DNA from: Octopus vulgaris
Lineage: Eukaryota
Assembly (NCBI GenBank): GCA_951406725.2
Contig: OX597819.1
Coordinates: 79,174,001-79,238,000, forward strand
Length of the DNA: 64,000 nucleotides
Direction: 5' to 3'
Positions 1 through 12,520 of the stretch are shown piece by piece. Made by a program: the position numbers and the translations under genes. The stretch's first letter is position 1, and each line of letters begins with the position of its first letter. Under the pieces are notes generated by a model. It made no database searches and had not been told where the DNA came from. It saw only the letters and a list, made by a program, of their open reading frames with translations.

Positions 1-161
1 ATCACGGTCTGACCGTCTGCCAAGCAAATGGGAAGCAGTAATTGAAGTAGGTAGTGAATATGCTCCGGAATAATCATTTCAAGATATATTGTTGCATGTG
101 GTTATTGTCTTTGTTGAAAAAAATTTGTTGGAAAAAAAAGCTGCAATAATTATGTACCAAC

Positions 162-165
<4 letters not shown>
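1..165 (+). mobile_element. 3' end of a mariner-like DNA transposon (transposase C-terminus plus right TIR)
   Basis: Translates RLPSKWEAVIEVGSEYAPE*, like the mariner C-terminal 'LPxRWxxVIxxxGxY' motif. Ends in ttatgtaccaacccaa followed by TA and a (TA)n tract. Confidence 0.6.
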
Positions 166-231
<66 letters not shown>

Positions 232-235
<4 letters not shown>

Positions 236-714
236 CAATTAAGGACAACTACTTAATAAGGAAAACTTAACAAGAAATTGTCAGGTAGATAGCGTAAGAA
301 CCTCATAAGAGAAAAAATTTCGAAAATAATTATTTCTTATTGAACATATTAATTTATATATAGAGGGCATTATATACATGCCAGAAGGCATTATACATAC
401 ATGCCAAACGCTAAGAGGGACAATTAGTCATTTCTACCAAAAATATTACTAATCCCACCGAATGCAATTTTTCAAAGTAAGACATTTAAAAAATATAGAC
501 CTGTATCACAGTGATTTCATACTTACGTACTCAGCCCTGCTGATGAGTACGTAAGTATGAAATCACTGTGATACAGGTCTATATTTTTTAAATGTCTTAC
601 TTTGAAAAATTGCATTCGGTGGGATTAGTAATATTTTTGGTAGAAATGACTAATTGTCCCTCTTAGCGTTTGGCATGTATGTATAATGCCTTCTGGCATG
701 TATATAATGCCCTC

Positions 715-725
<11 letters not shown>
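232..725. mobile_element. PLE/retrozyme-like insert in (TA)n with a 182-bp fold-back inverted repeat
   Basis: Flanked by (TA)n on both sides. 352-533 is the reverse complement of 544-725. A hammerhead starts at the apex. Confidence 0.75.
535..577 (+). ncRNA. Minimal type I hammerhead ribozyme
   Basis: cctg-CTGATGA-gtac(gtaa)gtat-GAAA-tca(ctg)tga-TA-cagg. All three stems pair and the core is canonical. Confidence 0.85.
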
Positions 726-770
<45 letters not shown>

Positions 771-772
<2 letters not shown>

Positions 773-1302
773 GACGGAGTATCAGTTATATATTGTGAAA
801 AATTATATGGTAATGGACAATATGTCCAATTTTCGGCATATTTGGCATTAGAAATTTTTTCGTTTGCCTTTATTTATAAGTTGTTTATAATTTAACCTTG
901 AAAGGTATTTTTTTCGAAAAAAATTTTATCCTACATTAAATATAAATTTAAGTGTTCACTTCCGGACTCTTTCACTCTGTGAGGGCCTCAGTTCAAATCG
1001 CACGTGTCTTGAATGGGCTGGAGTATTTCTATTTTTTGATGTATTTGGGGTACTTAATTGTGCTCATGACTTAGTGTTTTGCTTCTTCCATAGGTATGAG
1101 TAAGTATCTCATTTATTTCTTTGCCACATTTACCACTGACGAAGGGAGGGTTCTTACGAACTAACCCTGAAATCGGTCCGATATGGTAATAATAGAATTT
1201 TTTAGAAATTTCTGTCGGCTTTTTTTCGAGTAGCGTGCGTATTGTGAAAAAATATATGGTAATGGACAATATGTCCAATTTTCGGCATATCTGGCATTAG
1301 AA

Positions 1303-1306
<4 letters not shown>
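771..1306 (+). mobile_element. Retrozyme/PLE pLTR-like insert: ~449-bp unit plus ~66-bp terminal direct repeat, between (TA)n tracts
   Basis: tattgtgaaaaa...ggcattagaaattt occurs at 791-856 and 1240-1306. One HHR lies inside. Confidence 0.75.
1130..1189 (+). ncRNA. Type I hammerhead ribozyme
   Basis: ttacca-CTGACGA-aggg...ccct-GAAA-tcg(gtc)cga-TA-tggtaa. 6-bp stem I and canonical core. Confidence 0.88.
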
Positions 1307-1342
<36 letters not shown>

Positions 1343-1502
1343 ATGAAAATAGATGTGTATATTTGTGTCTGAATTGTTTTCATAAATGCACACATGTAAA
1401 AAGGATACATGCATGTATGCCTGCATATGTATGCACCGGTATCTATATTTCTAAATTTGTAACTAAGAATCTATAGCTGTGTGACCGCGCCTGTTTGTAT
1501 TC

Positions 1503-1812
1503 TTTCATTCTTTTATTCCTTTACCTGTTTCAGTCATGTGACTGCGTCCACGCTGGAGCACCACCGTTTAGTCGAACAAATCAACTCCAGGACTTATTTT
1601 TCTCTAAGCCTGGTACTTATTCTATCGGTCACTTGCCGAACCGCTAGCTTATATAGGTTGTCAAGTGGTGATGGGAGTGGGGACAGACACAGACACACAC
1701 ACGTATATACGACGGGCTTCTATCAGTTTCCGTCTAACAAATCCACTCACAAGGCTAATGTAGAAGACACTTTCCCAAGATGCCGCGTAGTGGGACTGAA
1801 CCCGGAACCATG
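1503..1812 (-). mobile_element. tRNA-derived SINE (family A), partial
   Basis: Similar to copies at 18750-19145, 21205-21555 and 32668-33077. Confidence 0.7.
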
Positions 1813-2329
1813 CGTGCATTGCTTATGCATTTGTTTGTGCTTGCGAATGAGAATCTATGTGAATGCCATTACAGGTGTTCTTATAAATGATTTTTGAAGT
1901 GAATAGTTCTATTCTCTTGATTAGGAAAAAAATTACACACACAAAAAAAGCATATTCTTGTGATAGCAATCTTTCCACTTCGCTGTCGTGTTGCTGTTGT
2001 TGTTGTTGTTGTTGATGTTGTTTTACTTGAATGTTAACACTTCTGTCGTTGTTGCTAGTGTTGTTCTTGTTGTATTTGTAGTTTCTTCTCGTTTTTACAT
2101 TTGCAGTTAGAACGGCTTTTTTTTTTTTTTTATAATCTCGTTATATGGTTTCTTGTCACAGCAATTGTTAAAACGACGTGTAGAAATGGATAAATGGATG
2201 AATACGTAAATGAATAGAGAAAGAAACAAAAATAAAAAAGATCTTTGTTAAAAATATTTTCAAAGGAAATATAAAAAAAATTTTAAGAACGACACGTTCG
2301 TGTCTGTGTGTGCGCGCGCACGTACCTGA

Positions 2330-2354
2330 GTTTGTGCGTACACATATATATATA

Positions 2355-2400
<46 letters not shown>

Positions 2401-2408
2401 TGTATGTA

Positions 2409-2481
<73 letters not shown>

Positions 2482-2658
2482 GTGTATATACATATATATA
2501 TACACGCACACATATGTATGTATATCTATATGTGTATGTATGTGAGTGCGTGACACAAATATCCATATGCACATATAAATACATGTATATATGTACATAT
2601 AAATGCATATATGTACATATACATTCATAAGCATGTATGTATTATTAATCTATATCTG

Positions 2659-2727
<69 letters not shown>

Positions 2728-2784
2728 GTCTGTCTGTCTGTGTGTGTGTGTGTCTGTCTGCCTGCATGCCTGTCTGTCTGTCTA

Positions 2785-2863
<79 letters not shown>

Positions 2864-2881
2864 GTCTGTCTGTCTGTCTGC

Positions 2882-2949
<68 letters not shown>

Positions 2950-3010
2950 CCATACACACGCACGCACACACCCACACTAATACACACGTACACACACACA
3001 CACACATATA
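2330..3010. repeat. Compound microsatellite (TA)n/(TATC)n/(TGTC)n/(CA)n
   Basis: Directly visible. Similar compound tracts recur throughout the window. Confidence 0.95.
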
Positions 3011-3779
3011 AATACAACGAAAATATATGAATATACAAATTATTGATGGAGAGAATACGTAAAACATTTAAGAGAAATATCTTCCTCCTAGGAAAATCTA
3101 AAATGATTCTGGTCTAACATCTGGAGCGACGATAAGGATTGTAACGGAATGCAATAAGGCTAGACACAGTAAATCGGGAATACAAGATTCGGGTAAAAAG
3201 GGTAAAAGTTAAAGACCCCCGCTTCGGTCATGAATGATCTTGGGATTACACCTAGAAAGTTCCCTTCCGAGGAACAAGTACGAGTAAGGTTGTTTATAGA
3301 AAACCAAGAGTTGCCCATGCATACCAGCGTCCCTTTTCCACACGACTGATGTTATCCGAGGGAAAATCAAAGGCCGATACATCTTGGCACCCGTGACGTC
3401 GTAACTGGAGCAAAATTAGAATAAAGTATTTCGCTCAAGTGCACAACACACAGCTTGTCTGGGAATTGAACACGCTACGTCATGATTGTGAGTCCGACGC
3501 TCTAACCACTGAGCCATGTGCCTTCGGGAATACTCTACCAATATTAACAGTAAAATCTTTGCGATAAACGTTGAAATTTTCAATAGTGTTGTGGAAAAGT
3601 TACCAGGAAGAGACATCATACGAGGCTGAGTCAAAAATTTTTTTATCAAAAGAGGCATCTTTTTCAGTGAAATTATTCGATATTTAGAAGATACGTAGAT
3701 GTACATACACTTCTGATCTTTAATTATCTGATTTCGTTTTTATTTTTCAGATATACGAATAAATGAGATGATCTCAAAA

Positions 3780-4600
3780 TAGCTGCCCTGCTGGAAGCCT
3801 GTGAAAATCAAAGTGTTGTAACTGAGTTCCTTGTTGCCGAACGAGAATCTCATGTAAACATTCACAAAAGACTGGAAAATGTTCAGAAAGATAAAGCTTT
3901 AGACTACTGCAATGTGTGGAAATGTGGCTGTCGTCCGAATGAAAATTCAACGAGTCAAAAAGAATTGGGAAATTCAAGCTTAGCAGATACGCCTCGCAGT
4001 AGCTGCCCGTCGCTTTCTGTCAACCCTGCCAACAAGGAAAAAGGGGGCCGCTTTAATAAGAGCTGATAGGTGCATAATCATTGATGAGCTAGCATCATCA
4101 CTTGGGGCTAGCCATGGTAGTGCTCACAGCATTATGGAGTAGCTTGGATATTCAAATCTGTGTGCCTGCTAGGTACTAAAACAACTAAAAGATCAGCACA
4201 GGACTGAAAGAGTTAAACTTGAATTCAATGAAAGAGACGAAATCATTCTTTCAAAGGCTGATAACTAGCGGGTAAATTTAGATTCATCATTATGAACTAG
4301 AATAAAAAAGATAATCAATGGAATTGCGCTATCCGACGTCTCCAAAGGAAAAAAAATAATCTCAATGCAGAAAAGTCAGCAGGAAAAATTATGTCGACTG
4401 TCTTTTAGGATGCTCAGAGTGTTATTCTTGTCGATTTGTTGCAAAGAGGAGAAACAGTCAACTCTGAACCATGTGCTGAGACCCGTAAAAGACTTATAAC
4501 AAGAATCCGCCGTGTAAGAGCAAATTTGGAGATGACTTAAGTTCTTCTTCAACACGACAACGTCGTTCTCACTTAAGCCTAAAAATAAGGGAGACAATCA
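3780..4600 (+). pseudogene. Degenerate mariner transposase
   Basis: Fragments NQSVVTEFLVAERESHVNIHKRLENV, DELASSLGASHGSAHSI..LGYSNLCA, HHYELE..SMELRYPTSP and SAGKIMSTVF*DAQSVILVDLL match mariner motifs. Contains stops and frameshifts. Confidence 0.8.
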
Positions 4601-5336
4601 CCCCTACTCACGCGAGTGTGTGTATGTGTGTAAATTTTGGTTTACCCCCACTCCCGAAAAAATTTTAGTGGGTGCATTTGCAACCCCTACACCCCCTGTT
4701 ACTGAGGCTATGAATGTTTTGTTATACTCGCGGGTGAGAACTATATAAAACTAAACACTAGACGTAGCTGCTTCCATATGATCACTCAACCGGCTAAGGA
4801 TAACAACTAAACATTTTCAAATTTCACTCTGCTGTATTAAGAAAAAAAAAATGAACACTGAATAATGAATTACGGAATATATAATGTCCGAAAAAAATGA
4901 TGAGATGGCCATGGGTGGAATGTCTTTCGTGGTATATTTCTGGTCTTAGTTAGTAGGCTAGATCCATCGCTCGGTTTAAGAGTACTGAACTTTTTGGGTG
5001 CCTTTAGCGAATTCCCCACTTTTGCAAGTGTTAAAGACAGGTTTCCGGTCTGGAAGAAGCTTTATCTTCTCTTCCAACCAGACATTGTGGAGCTCCTGCA
5101 AAGTTTCATTGACGCTAGCTTCTAGCTAAACATTTAAAAACATTTGCTTTTTGTTACTGTTGCAGCGTATTTGATTTAGACACAGAAACAAGATCGCGCT
5201 GTTAAGAAACAATCAATCACGTTTCTGTTATTACCGTCGCCAGCTTAATCCAGCATCGAATATATAAACTCACTCCACAAAGTTTATTTTTATACATGAA
5301 GCTTCGAAAATATTCTAGAAGTTTTCATGAACAATT

Positions 5337-5488
5337 AGGCGTGGCTGTGTGGTAAGAAGCTTGCTCTCCAACCGCATGGTTTCGGATTCAGTACCCCTGC
5401 GTGGCACCATCGGCAAGTATTTTCTAGCATTGGACCGACCAAAGCCTTGTAAGTGGATTTGAAAGACTGAAAGTGAAAGAAGTACATC

Positions 5489-5490
<2 letters not shown>
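5337..5490 (+). mobile_element. tRNA-derived SINE head (family A)
   Basis: A-box-like tggctgtgtgg and B-box-like ggattcagtacc. Ends in (TA)n. Confidence 0.65.
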
Positions 5491-5553
<63 letters not shown>

Positions 5554-5769
5554 AACACCACCACACCGCACACCACCACACCGCACATCACCATACCACA
5601 CCACACCACACCACATCACATCACACCACCACGCACACACTAGCACTGACCACTTCCCAGCACCCACACCATCATCCATACACCTACACTCGCATACACA
5701 CACACACACACACGTCAAAGTCACCAGCCCTCTTCTACACGCACATAATGCTCTCTTATACACACGCAC

Positions 5770-6012
5770 GCACACCTTTGTTTTGGGATCAGCACTACTT
5801 TATTATCTCCCCATCTTCCAAGCGCTCGTGTGTGACCCCTCTGTCCCGCATTCGCCATGATAGATCGCTAGCCGCTACACATTCTTTATTTTCTCTCCTT
5901 GTTTCTGTCTGTGTTCCTTTCATGTGGAAGAGCGTAGGCTCGAAACGTTAAAGACTTTTTCACTTCCAGAGCGTTAAACTAATACATGTTTGTTGTTTAC
6001 ACCACCTGTCTT
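5770..6012 (+). mobile_element. Dispersed repeat with an HHR-like fold (second copy on the minus strand at ~23760-23940)
   Basis: gagcgtaggctcgaaacgttaaaga...gagcgttaaactaataca is shared with the reverse complement of 23820-23905. Confidence 0.6.
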
Positions 6013-6774
6013 CCTTACAAGGCTGGAGAGCTCGACCTACACTTAAGTTACCGGAAGAGTGTCAAAGAAGGCACCAGATCACTTGAAGGACTTCATTTCT
6101 TGATTTGCTGTCGAGGTTAACTCCTTAGCCTTTTCCTTTCCCAAGGCAGTGATATCACTACTACTCCAATAAATATATATATGTAGCCTTGCTTTCTGTA
6201 TATTTCTTCAACATTGTAGCATAGCGTCCACATAACCTAATTTAACAATTCTTGCAATGAGTTCATATTTAGCAGGCGCAAATTGCTGCCGACAAGTATT
6301 GTTTTCTCTTCAAGCATTCCTTTCAAGAACGACTTCATTAGCATTGCACCAATTGCAGTCGTTCGCGTTGGGATTTCTAATCTCCTAACTTTTCCTCGTT
6401 TAACTCTTGCGTCGACTTTTTCTATTACCATTTGTACCGTTGCCTATTTTCTCGTGTTTTATCTTTCCAATAGTCGTTCTTTACCTTTAAAATATAAGTA
6501 CCGGAAAAAAAATTAGTCGTCTAGATTGTAACTGTTGTGTATAATATTGGTTATTTCTATCAGTAGCCAGTATATTGGTTAAAACACAATTGTCTCGACA
6601 ATTAGCTATGATATTGTATATGAAACACATTGCAAAAAAGATAAAACAATGTCTTATTAGTAATATAGGTGATATTGGCTTTTGATTGTAGATGCCAAAA
6701 AGATTTTTACGTACGTACGTCTGTATTTATGTACATACAAACATAAATACATATATATATATACGGACGTAACT

Positions 6775-7085
6775 GACACTCTGTCAGTCTTGATGACGAG
6801 GGTACCAGTTGATCTGATCAATGAAACAGCCAGCTCGAAAAATTAACGTGCAAGTGCCTGAACACTCCAAAGGCAAGCGTATCCTTAACGTAGTTCCCAT
6901 GGAGATTCGGCGTGGCACAGAATCTAACAAAGCTGGCCCTTTGAAATACAGGTATTGCTCATTTATGCTAGCTGAATGAACTTGAGCAACGTATTAATAA
7001 ATGTCTTGCTTAAGAACACAACGCACCGCCCAGAATCGAACTCTTGACCTTACGATCGTGGGCCGAATACCCTAACGGCTAAGCT
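6775..7085 (-). mobile_element. tRNA-derived SINE (family C-related)
   Basis: Similar to 57869-58252. The minus-strand head has a gagttcgattc B box. Confidence 0.6.
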
Positions 7086-7744
7086 TCATATTCGTAGTTG
7101 ATTGTCGTCTCCTTGTGCTTTCCCAGTTTCAAAGACATTCCTGACTTTCCATCCATGACTTCTCAGATGACTATTCAGTCAGTCTCGCTTCAAATAGGTA
7201 TAGTATGAAACATAGGTCTCAGATGATAGCTGCAATTTACTTTGCTCTTCCAAGTGACCACATGTGACCACACATGTGACCGCACATGTGATCACACTTC
7301 CATTACCATATGACGTACAGAAAATGGAATGACAAATGAGGCTAGCGTAAAGAAACATCTGTATATCCTTAGATTCAGGTGATAACCGCTTGTACAATAC
7401 GAGAGCTACTCTGTGAGTCTTTGTTATTTGTACCAAGTGGTAGTCCGAAGAAAAATGACCAGTTGTCACGTGAAACCGCAAATTTACATCAGAGTATCCT
7501 TCCTCTAGAAAACAACATGGGGTCCCTCACTCTCATTTGGTTTATTGCGCGACCTGGTACCAACCAAAAGTTTTTCTGCGTCTTTGATATGATTCTAAAC
7601 TGCATCTGGTAATATATTTTTATCAAATAAATTACCTATTACGATAAAAGTATTATTATAGTTATGATTAATGTATTATTATGATTAATGACACTGAAAA
7701 TATCAAAAATGAGGCTAGCTAATTTAATGAATTCAGTATTCTTT

Positions 7745-7955
7745 TCTAGTTTAAGCACAAGGCCCTAAATTTTGGAGGAGGGGGCCAGTTGATTAGATCG
7801 ACTCCAGTGCGCAAATGGTACTTAATTTATCGATTCCGAAAGGATGAAAGGCAAAGTCGACCTCGGCGGAATTTGAACTCAGAACGTAACGGCAGACGAA
7901 ATACTGCTAAGCATTTCGCCCGGCGTGCTAAAGTTTCTGCCTGCTCGCTGCCTTT
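7745..7955 (-). mobile_element. tRNA-derived SINE (family B)
   Basis: Minus strand reads gagttcaaattccgccgaggtcgactttgcctttcatccttt. Many copies occur (20145-20460, 27828-28045, 35030-36210, 39545-39690). Confidence 0.75.
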
Positions 7956-8019
7956 AATAAATTAAGTATTATAACATTGATGTGATACTCTTAGTGTATA
8001 CCTACTTTTGCACCCAACT

Positions 8020-8077
<58 letters not shown>

Positions 8078-8148
8078 ACACATACACACATACACATATA
8101 TATGCTCACATATATGTATGAGTGTGTGTGTATGTGAATGTGTGTGTG

Positions 8149-8188
<40 letters not shown>

Positions 8189-8712
8189 AAAGTGTGTTCG
8201 CGCGCGTGTAGTATAAAAGTGAAGGAAGTTTGTTTTTAACATCCTGAAGGTGAAATTTTTAAAATGGAATCTTCCAACGTCGAGTTGAAGTGATTGGTAG
8301 GTTGATCAGGGAATTCAGTCAAAATCCGACGCTTCAGGCGACACGGGATAGATAGCAAAAACTAATTATCAACCACACTAACCCTTTTATCTTTTCCTTC
8401 TTCCCCTCCGTACAACCAGCCTCTCGTTTTTAAGATACGCCGCAACCGCCGCCTCCTCCGGCTTTGTTTTCGCCGTCGTCGTCGTCGTCGTCGCCATCTT
8501 TCGGTATCTTCTTTTTCTTATTGTATACACACTTCATTTCTCTCTGTCTGTCGCTATCTGTAACTTTACCCATTTATTTCAACATCTGATGGATATTGCT
8601 ACTAGAATCCTCCTCTAGTGTTCTTCAGGTTTTAAGGAATGGTTTCGCACACGCATACGTACACATACGTACGTGTGTATATGTGTATATATTCCCACGT
8701 ACATACATACAT

Positions 8713-8748
<36 letters not shown>

Positions 8749-9012
8749 CTATATATATACACACACATATATATACAGACACACACATACAGACACACTT
8801 ATGTATATATATATATAATATTTATATATATGCATATATGTGTGTGTATGTGTTTGTTTGTGTGTATATACGAACATTTATTTATGCGTATATAGACATA
8901 GGTGTATGCATGAATCATGAATGTACATTGATATATATTGGATGAAAACGAAAAATACAATACGATTACCTATATATATATATATTGCAGATACATATAC
9001 ATATATATATAC

Positions 9013-9066
<54 letters not shown>

Positions 9067-9543
9067 GCGTGCACACACACACACACACATATATTCGTAC
9101 ATATACACACGCGCACGCACACACACACACAGACACACACAGACACACACCATATACGCACACAGAAAATATACAGTCGTTTTCAACCCAACTGACAGAT
9201 AAATCCATTGGATGGAAAACTTGCTTGTTGTTTTTTTTCTTATATTACATTTTATTCTAATTCTTATACTAAGATACACAGCCTCGTCGATAGACACAAC
9301 AACCGTACTGGTATTTCCGAAAGCAGCTGCTGATGTGGCCAACGTTTTTCTGCTCACAAGGTTAATGCTGGCGATATTTACTATCATCTTGCTGTGACCT
9401 AAGGGAATTGTTGTTTGTTACACTTTGGTGCCAGTCTTGTATTTCTGTCGATAAAACTGTGTTTTCCCCAACGAATCGAAACAAACATGTATGTATGTAT
9501 ATATGTATGTATGTGTGTGTGTATGTGTGTGTGCATGTGTGCG

Positions 9544-9585
<42 letters not shown>

Positions 9586-9868
9586 TATGTATGTATGTAT
9601 GTATGTATGAATATATGCATGCATGCATGTGTATATATGTAAGTGTATTAGAAGGTTTTGAGGTGATTTACAGGTATTATATATTAGAAGAAATAAGGTA
9701 CTCAGAAATCTGGATGGTTTTATATTTACAGATTTTTATTAATATGTCACATGTGTTTATAAATCATATATTTGCGCTTGCATCCACTCTAGTGGATTCT
9801 TCAGATTATATGTGTGTGTGTATGTATATATGTATATACACACGCATGTATATATACATACATACATT

Positions 9869-9919
<51 letters not shown>

Positions 9920-9961
9920 GCTGTATATATGAATCTACATATATATATATACATACACATA

Positions 9962-12328
9962 CAGTGATACCTCGTAGTACGAAGTTAATTCGTTTCATGA
10001 CCGAGCACGTTTTGCGATTTACTAGTTGTACAGATAGATTTTCCCCATTGAAATTAATTAAAATATAATCAATCCGTTCCAGCTCTTTCCAAAACCAGGC
10101 CCAAATAATTTTTTATGGGTTTTAAAACAGACAAGTTGATATTTCAAAGAAAATAACAATTATAAAAACAATAAAAGTGAGTGCAAAAAGAAATATGTAA
10201 ACTGGTTTTATTAATTTAATTACCTTAAAGATGGTACGATTTGTGCATGAGGAAGATGATGGAGCGGGGAGGAGGAAGATTATTGTTTGGAAGAAGAATC
10301 TATTCCTATTAAGACTTCTTGCGTTTTCTCTCTCACATCGCTTAATTTAGGCTTTTTGGATGCACTTTCTTCACTTTTCACAATTGCAGGTTGTTTCATT
10401 AGAAACTTATGAAAAGAAGTTTGATTTTTCCTGCCTTCCAAAATGTTACGAAAATGCGCCAGAGCAGCGTCATTAAATTAAACAGCTGCACGACCTGTAG
10501 CTACTTTTGCAGGATGATATTTTTCTACAAATTTAGAAACACTGCCGCTTTGGCAATACTATCTTTATATCGTTCGTAGAGATAGCTTCCTCCGCTACAA
10601 TGTCTTCCTCCGGGGAACCAATTTCTTCCACGGCATCCGAACACTGCAGTTTCCGGAGCTGCAGGAGTTCAACTGTCGTCAGCTTCTCTGAGTGTTCTTC
10701 GACGAGATCGCTAATGTCATCAGCATCAACCTCGAGGCTCGTGAACTCGTCAAGCGACACTATATCCTCGACTACAGGTATCTCTGACTGAAACCCTTCG
10801 AAGTCTCTTTCGGATACGCAGCCAGGTCACAGTTTCCTCCATGCAGAATTCAGCGTTCTCCTTGTTACATCCTGCCAGGCCATATCGATGACTTTCAGGC
10901 AGTTAACAATGTTGTAGTGGTCTTTCCAAAACTGACGAAGGGTTAGGTTTCAATTTTTGGTGGCTTCAAAGCACCAACGAAACAGGTGTTTGTTGCACAA
11001 TTTCTTAAAATTAGAAATCACCCTTTGGTCCATGGGCTGCAAGATAAAGGTGGTTTTGCCTGGAAGGTATAGAGCTTTTATGAATTTGAATTCGTCCAGG
11101 ATATCATCTTTGAGGTTAGGAGACTGAACGGGAGTATTGTCGAGGATGGGGAGGGCCTTGAGAGGAAGATCGTTCTCCAGAATGTACTTTTTTAATGCTG
11201 GTCCGAAGACAAGGTTGATCAACTCGGTGAAAAATTGCCTGGTGACCCAGGCTTTAACGTTTGCCCTCCACATGACCTGTAGCTTCTTCAGGATTTTGTG
11301 CGACTTGAACGCTGGTGGGTTTTCGGAATGGTTGACAAGGAGCGTCTTAATCTTCAAGTTTCCACTCGCATTGGCACACAGGGCGAGAGTTAGCCTGTCT
11401 TTCATAAGCTTCTGGCCTGGCATTTTCTTCTCTGTAGTTACGTAAGTTCTAGGCATTTTTTCCAAAGAAGGTTAGTTTCAACGCAGTTGAATACCTGTTC
11501 TGCGATGTATCCCTCAGCTGCGATGAGCTGACGAAATTCACGCTCGAAATCCTCAACTGTCTTCGTGTCAGACCTTGCTGCTTGTCCATATCTGACGACG
11601 CTATGAACACCAGTCCTCTTTTTGAAATAATTGAACCAGTCACGACTGGCCTTAAATGCGTCTGCTGATGTCTCCTCCGTCAATGTTCCAGGGTTCTGCT
11701 TCAGGAGATCCCCATACAGCGGTCGTGGTTTTTCGCAGATGTAGTCTCCGTAATCGTATCCCCTGCGAGTTGCTTCTCATTGATCCACAGGAGAGGCAAT
11801 TTTTCCATCTTTTTGTGGACAGATGTGCATTTCATGGGGACCCTGGAGACACACTTTGCTATTGTAACGGCCTTGATCTCATCACTTTCTTCAGGATACT
11901 GCAGATCGTCGACGTGCTTCGGTCGTATAGCTATGTCCATTACACGCACTCCTCTTTCATGTTTATCAGATATTTCTTCCTTCATTTTTATCGTAATCAA
12001 CTTTTTCTTTCTTCTCAGCATTGTTCTTTACACTAACCTTCTTAGGACCCATGGCTAGCACAAATAATTATAAAATAACAGCAAAAGATTCCCAAAAATA
12101 AAAACACAAGTATGGTGCCACATCGAGGTTAACACGTGAAGTGAGCGAGCGGAGGCTGCGTTTTTTGAGAGAGCGGGTGCGAGCTCAGCGCCGACTATCG
12201 GTCGCTTGTATGAAGCTCGTTCGTACTGCGGGTTTCCACTTGTACTTCAAGACAAAAATTCTCACACGCCTCGGCTCGTACAGCAGATTACTCGTACAAC
12301 GGTGCACTCGCACTGTGAGGCTCTACTG
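9962..12328 (-). mobile_element. Full-length but decayed Tigger/pogo DNA transposon
   Basis: TA-cagtgatacctcgtagtacg...cgcactgtgaggctctactg-TA imperfect TIRs enclosing a frameshifted transposase. Confidence 0.9.
10300..12052 (-). pseudogene. Tigger-like transposase (CENP-B HTH plus DDE_1), frameshifted
   Basis: Starts MGPKKV. Motifs FKASRDWF..FKKR, QVFNCVET, KDRLTLALCANASG, KAWVT, LDN and LQPMDQ are spread over ORFs 11701-12021, 11438-11683, 10950-11465 and 10533-10760. Confidence 0.9.
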
Positions 12329-12359
12329 TATATTTACATACATACATACATACATGCAT

Positions 12360-12474
<115 letters not shown>

Positions 12475-12520
12475 CATACATATGCATGTGTGTGTGTGTG
12501 CGTGTATATATATATATATA

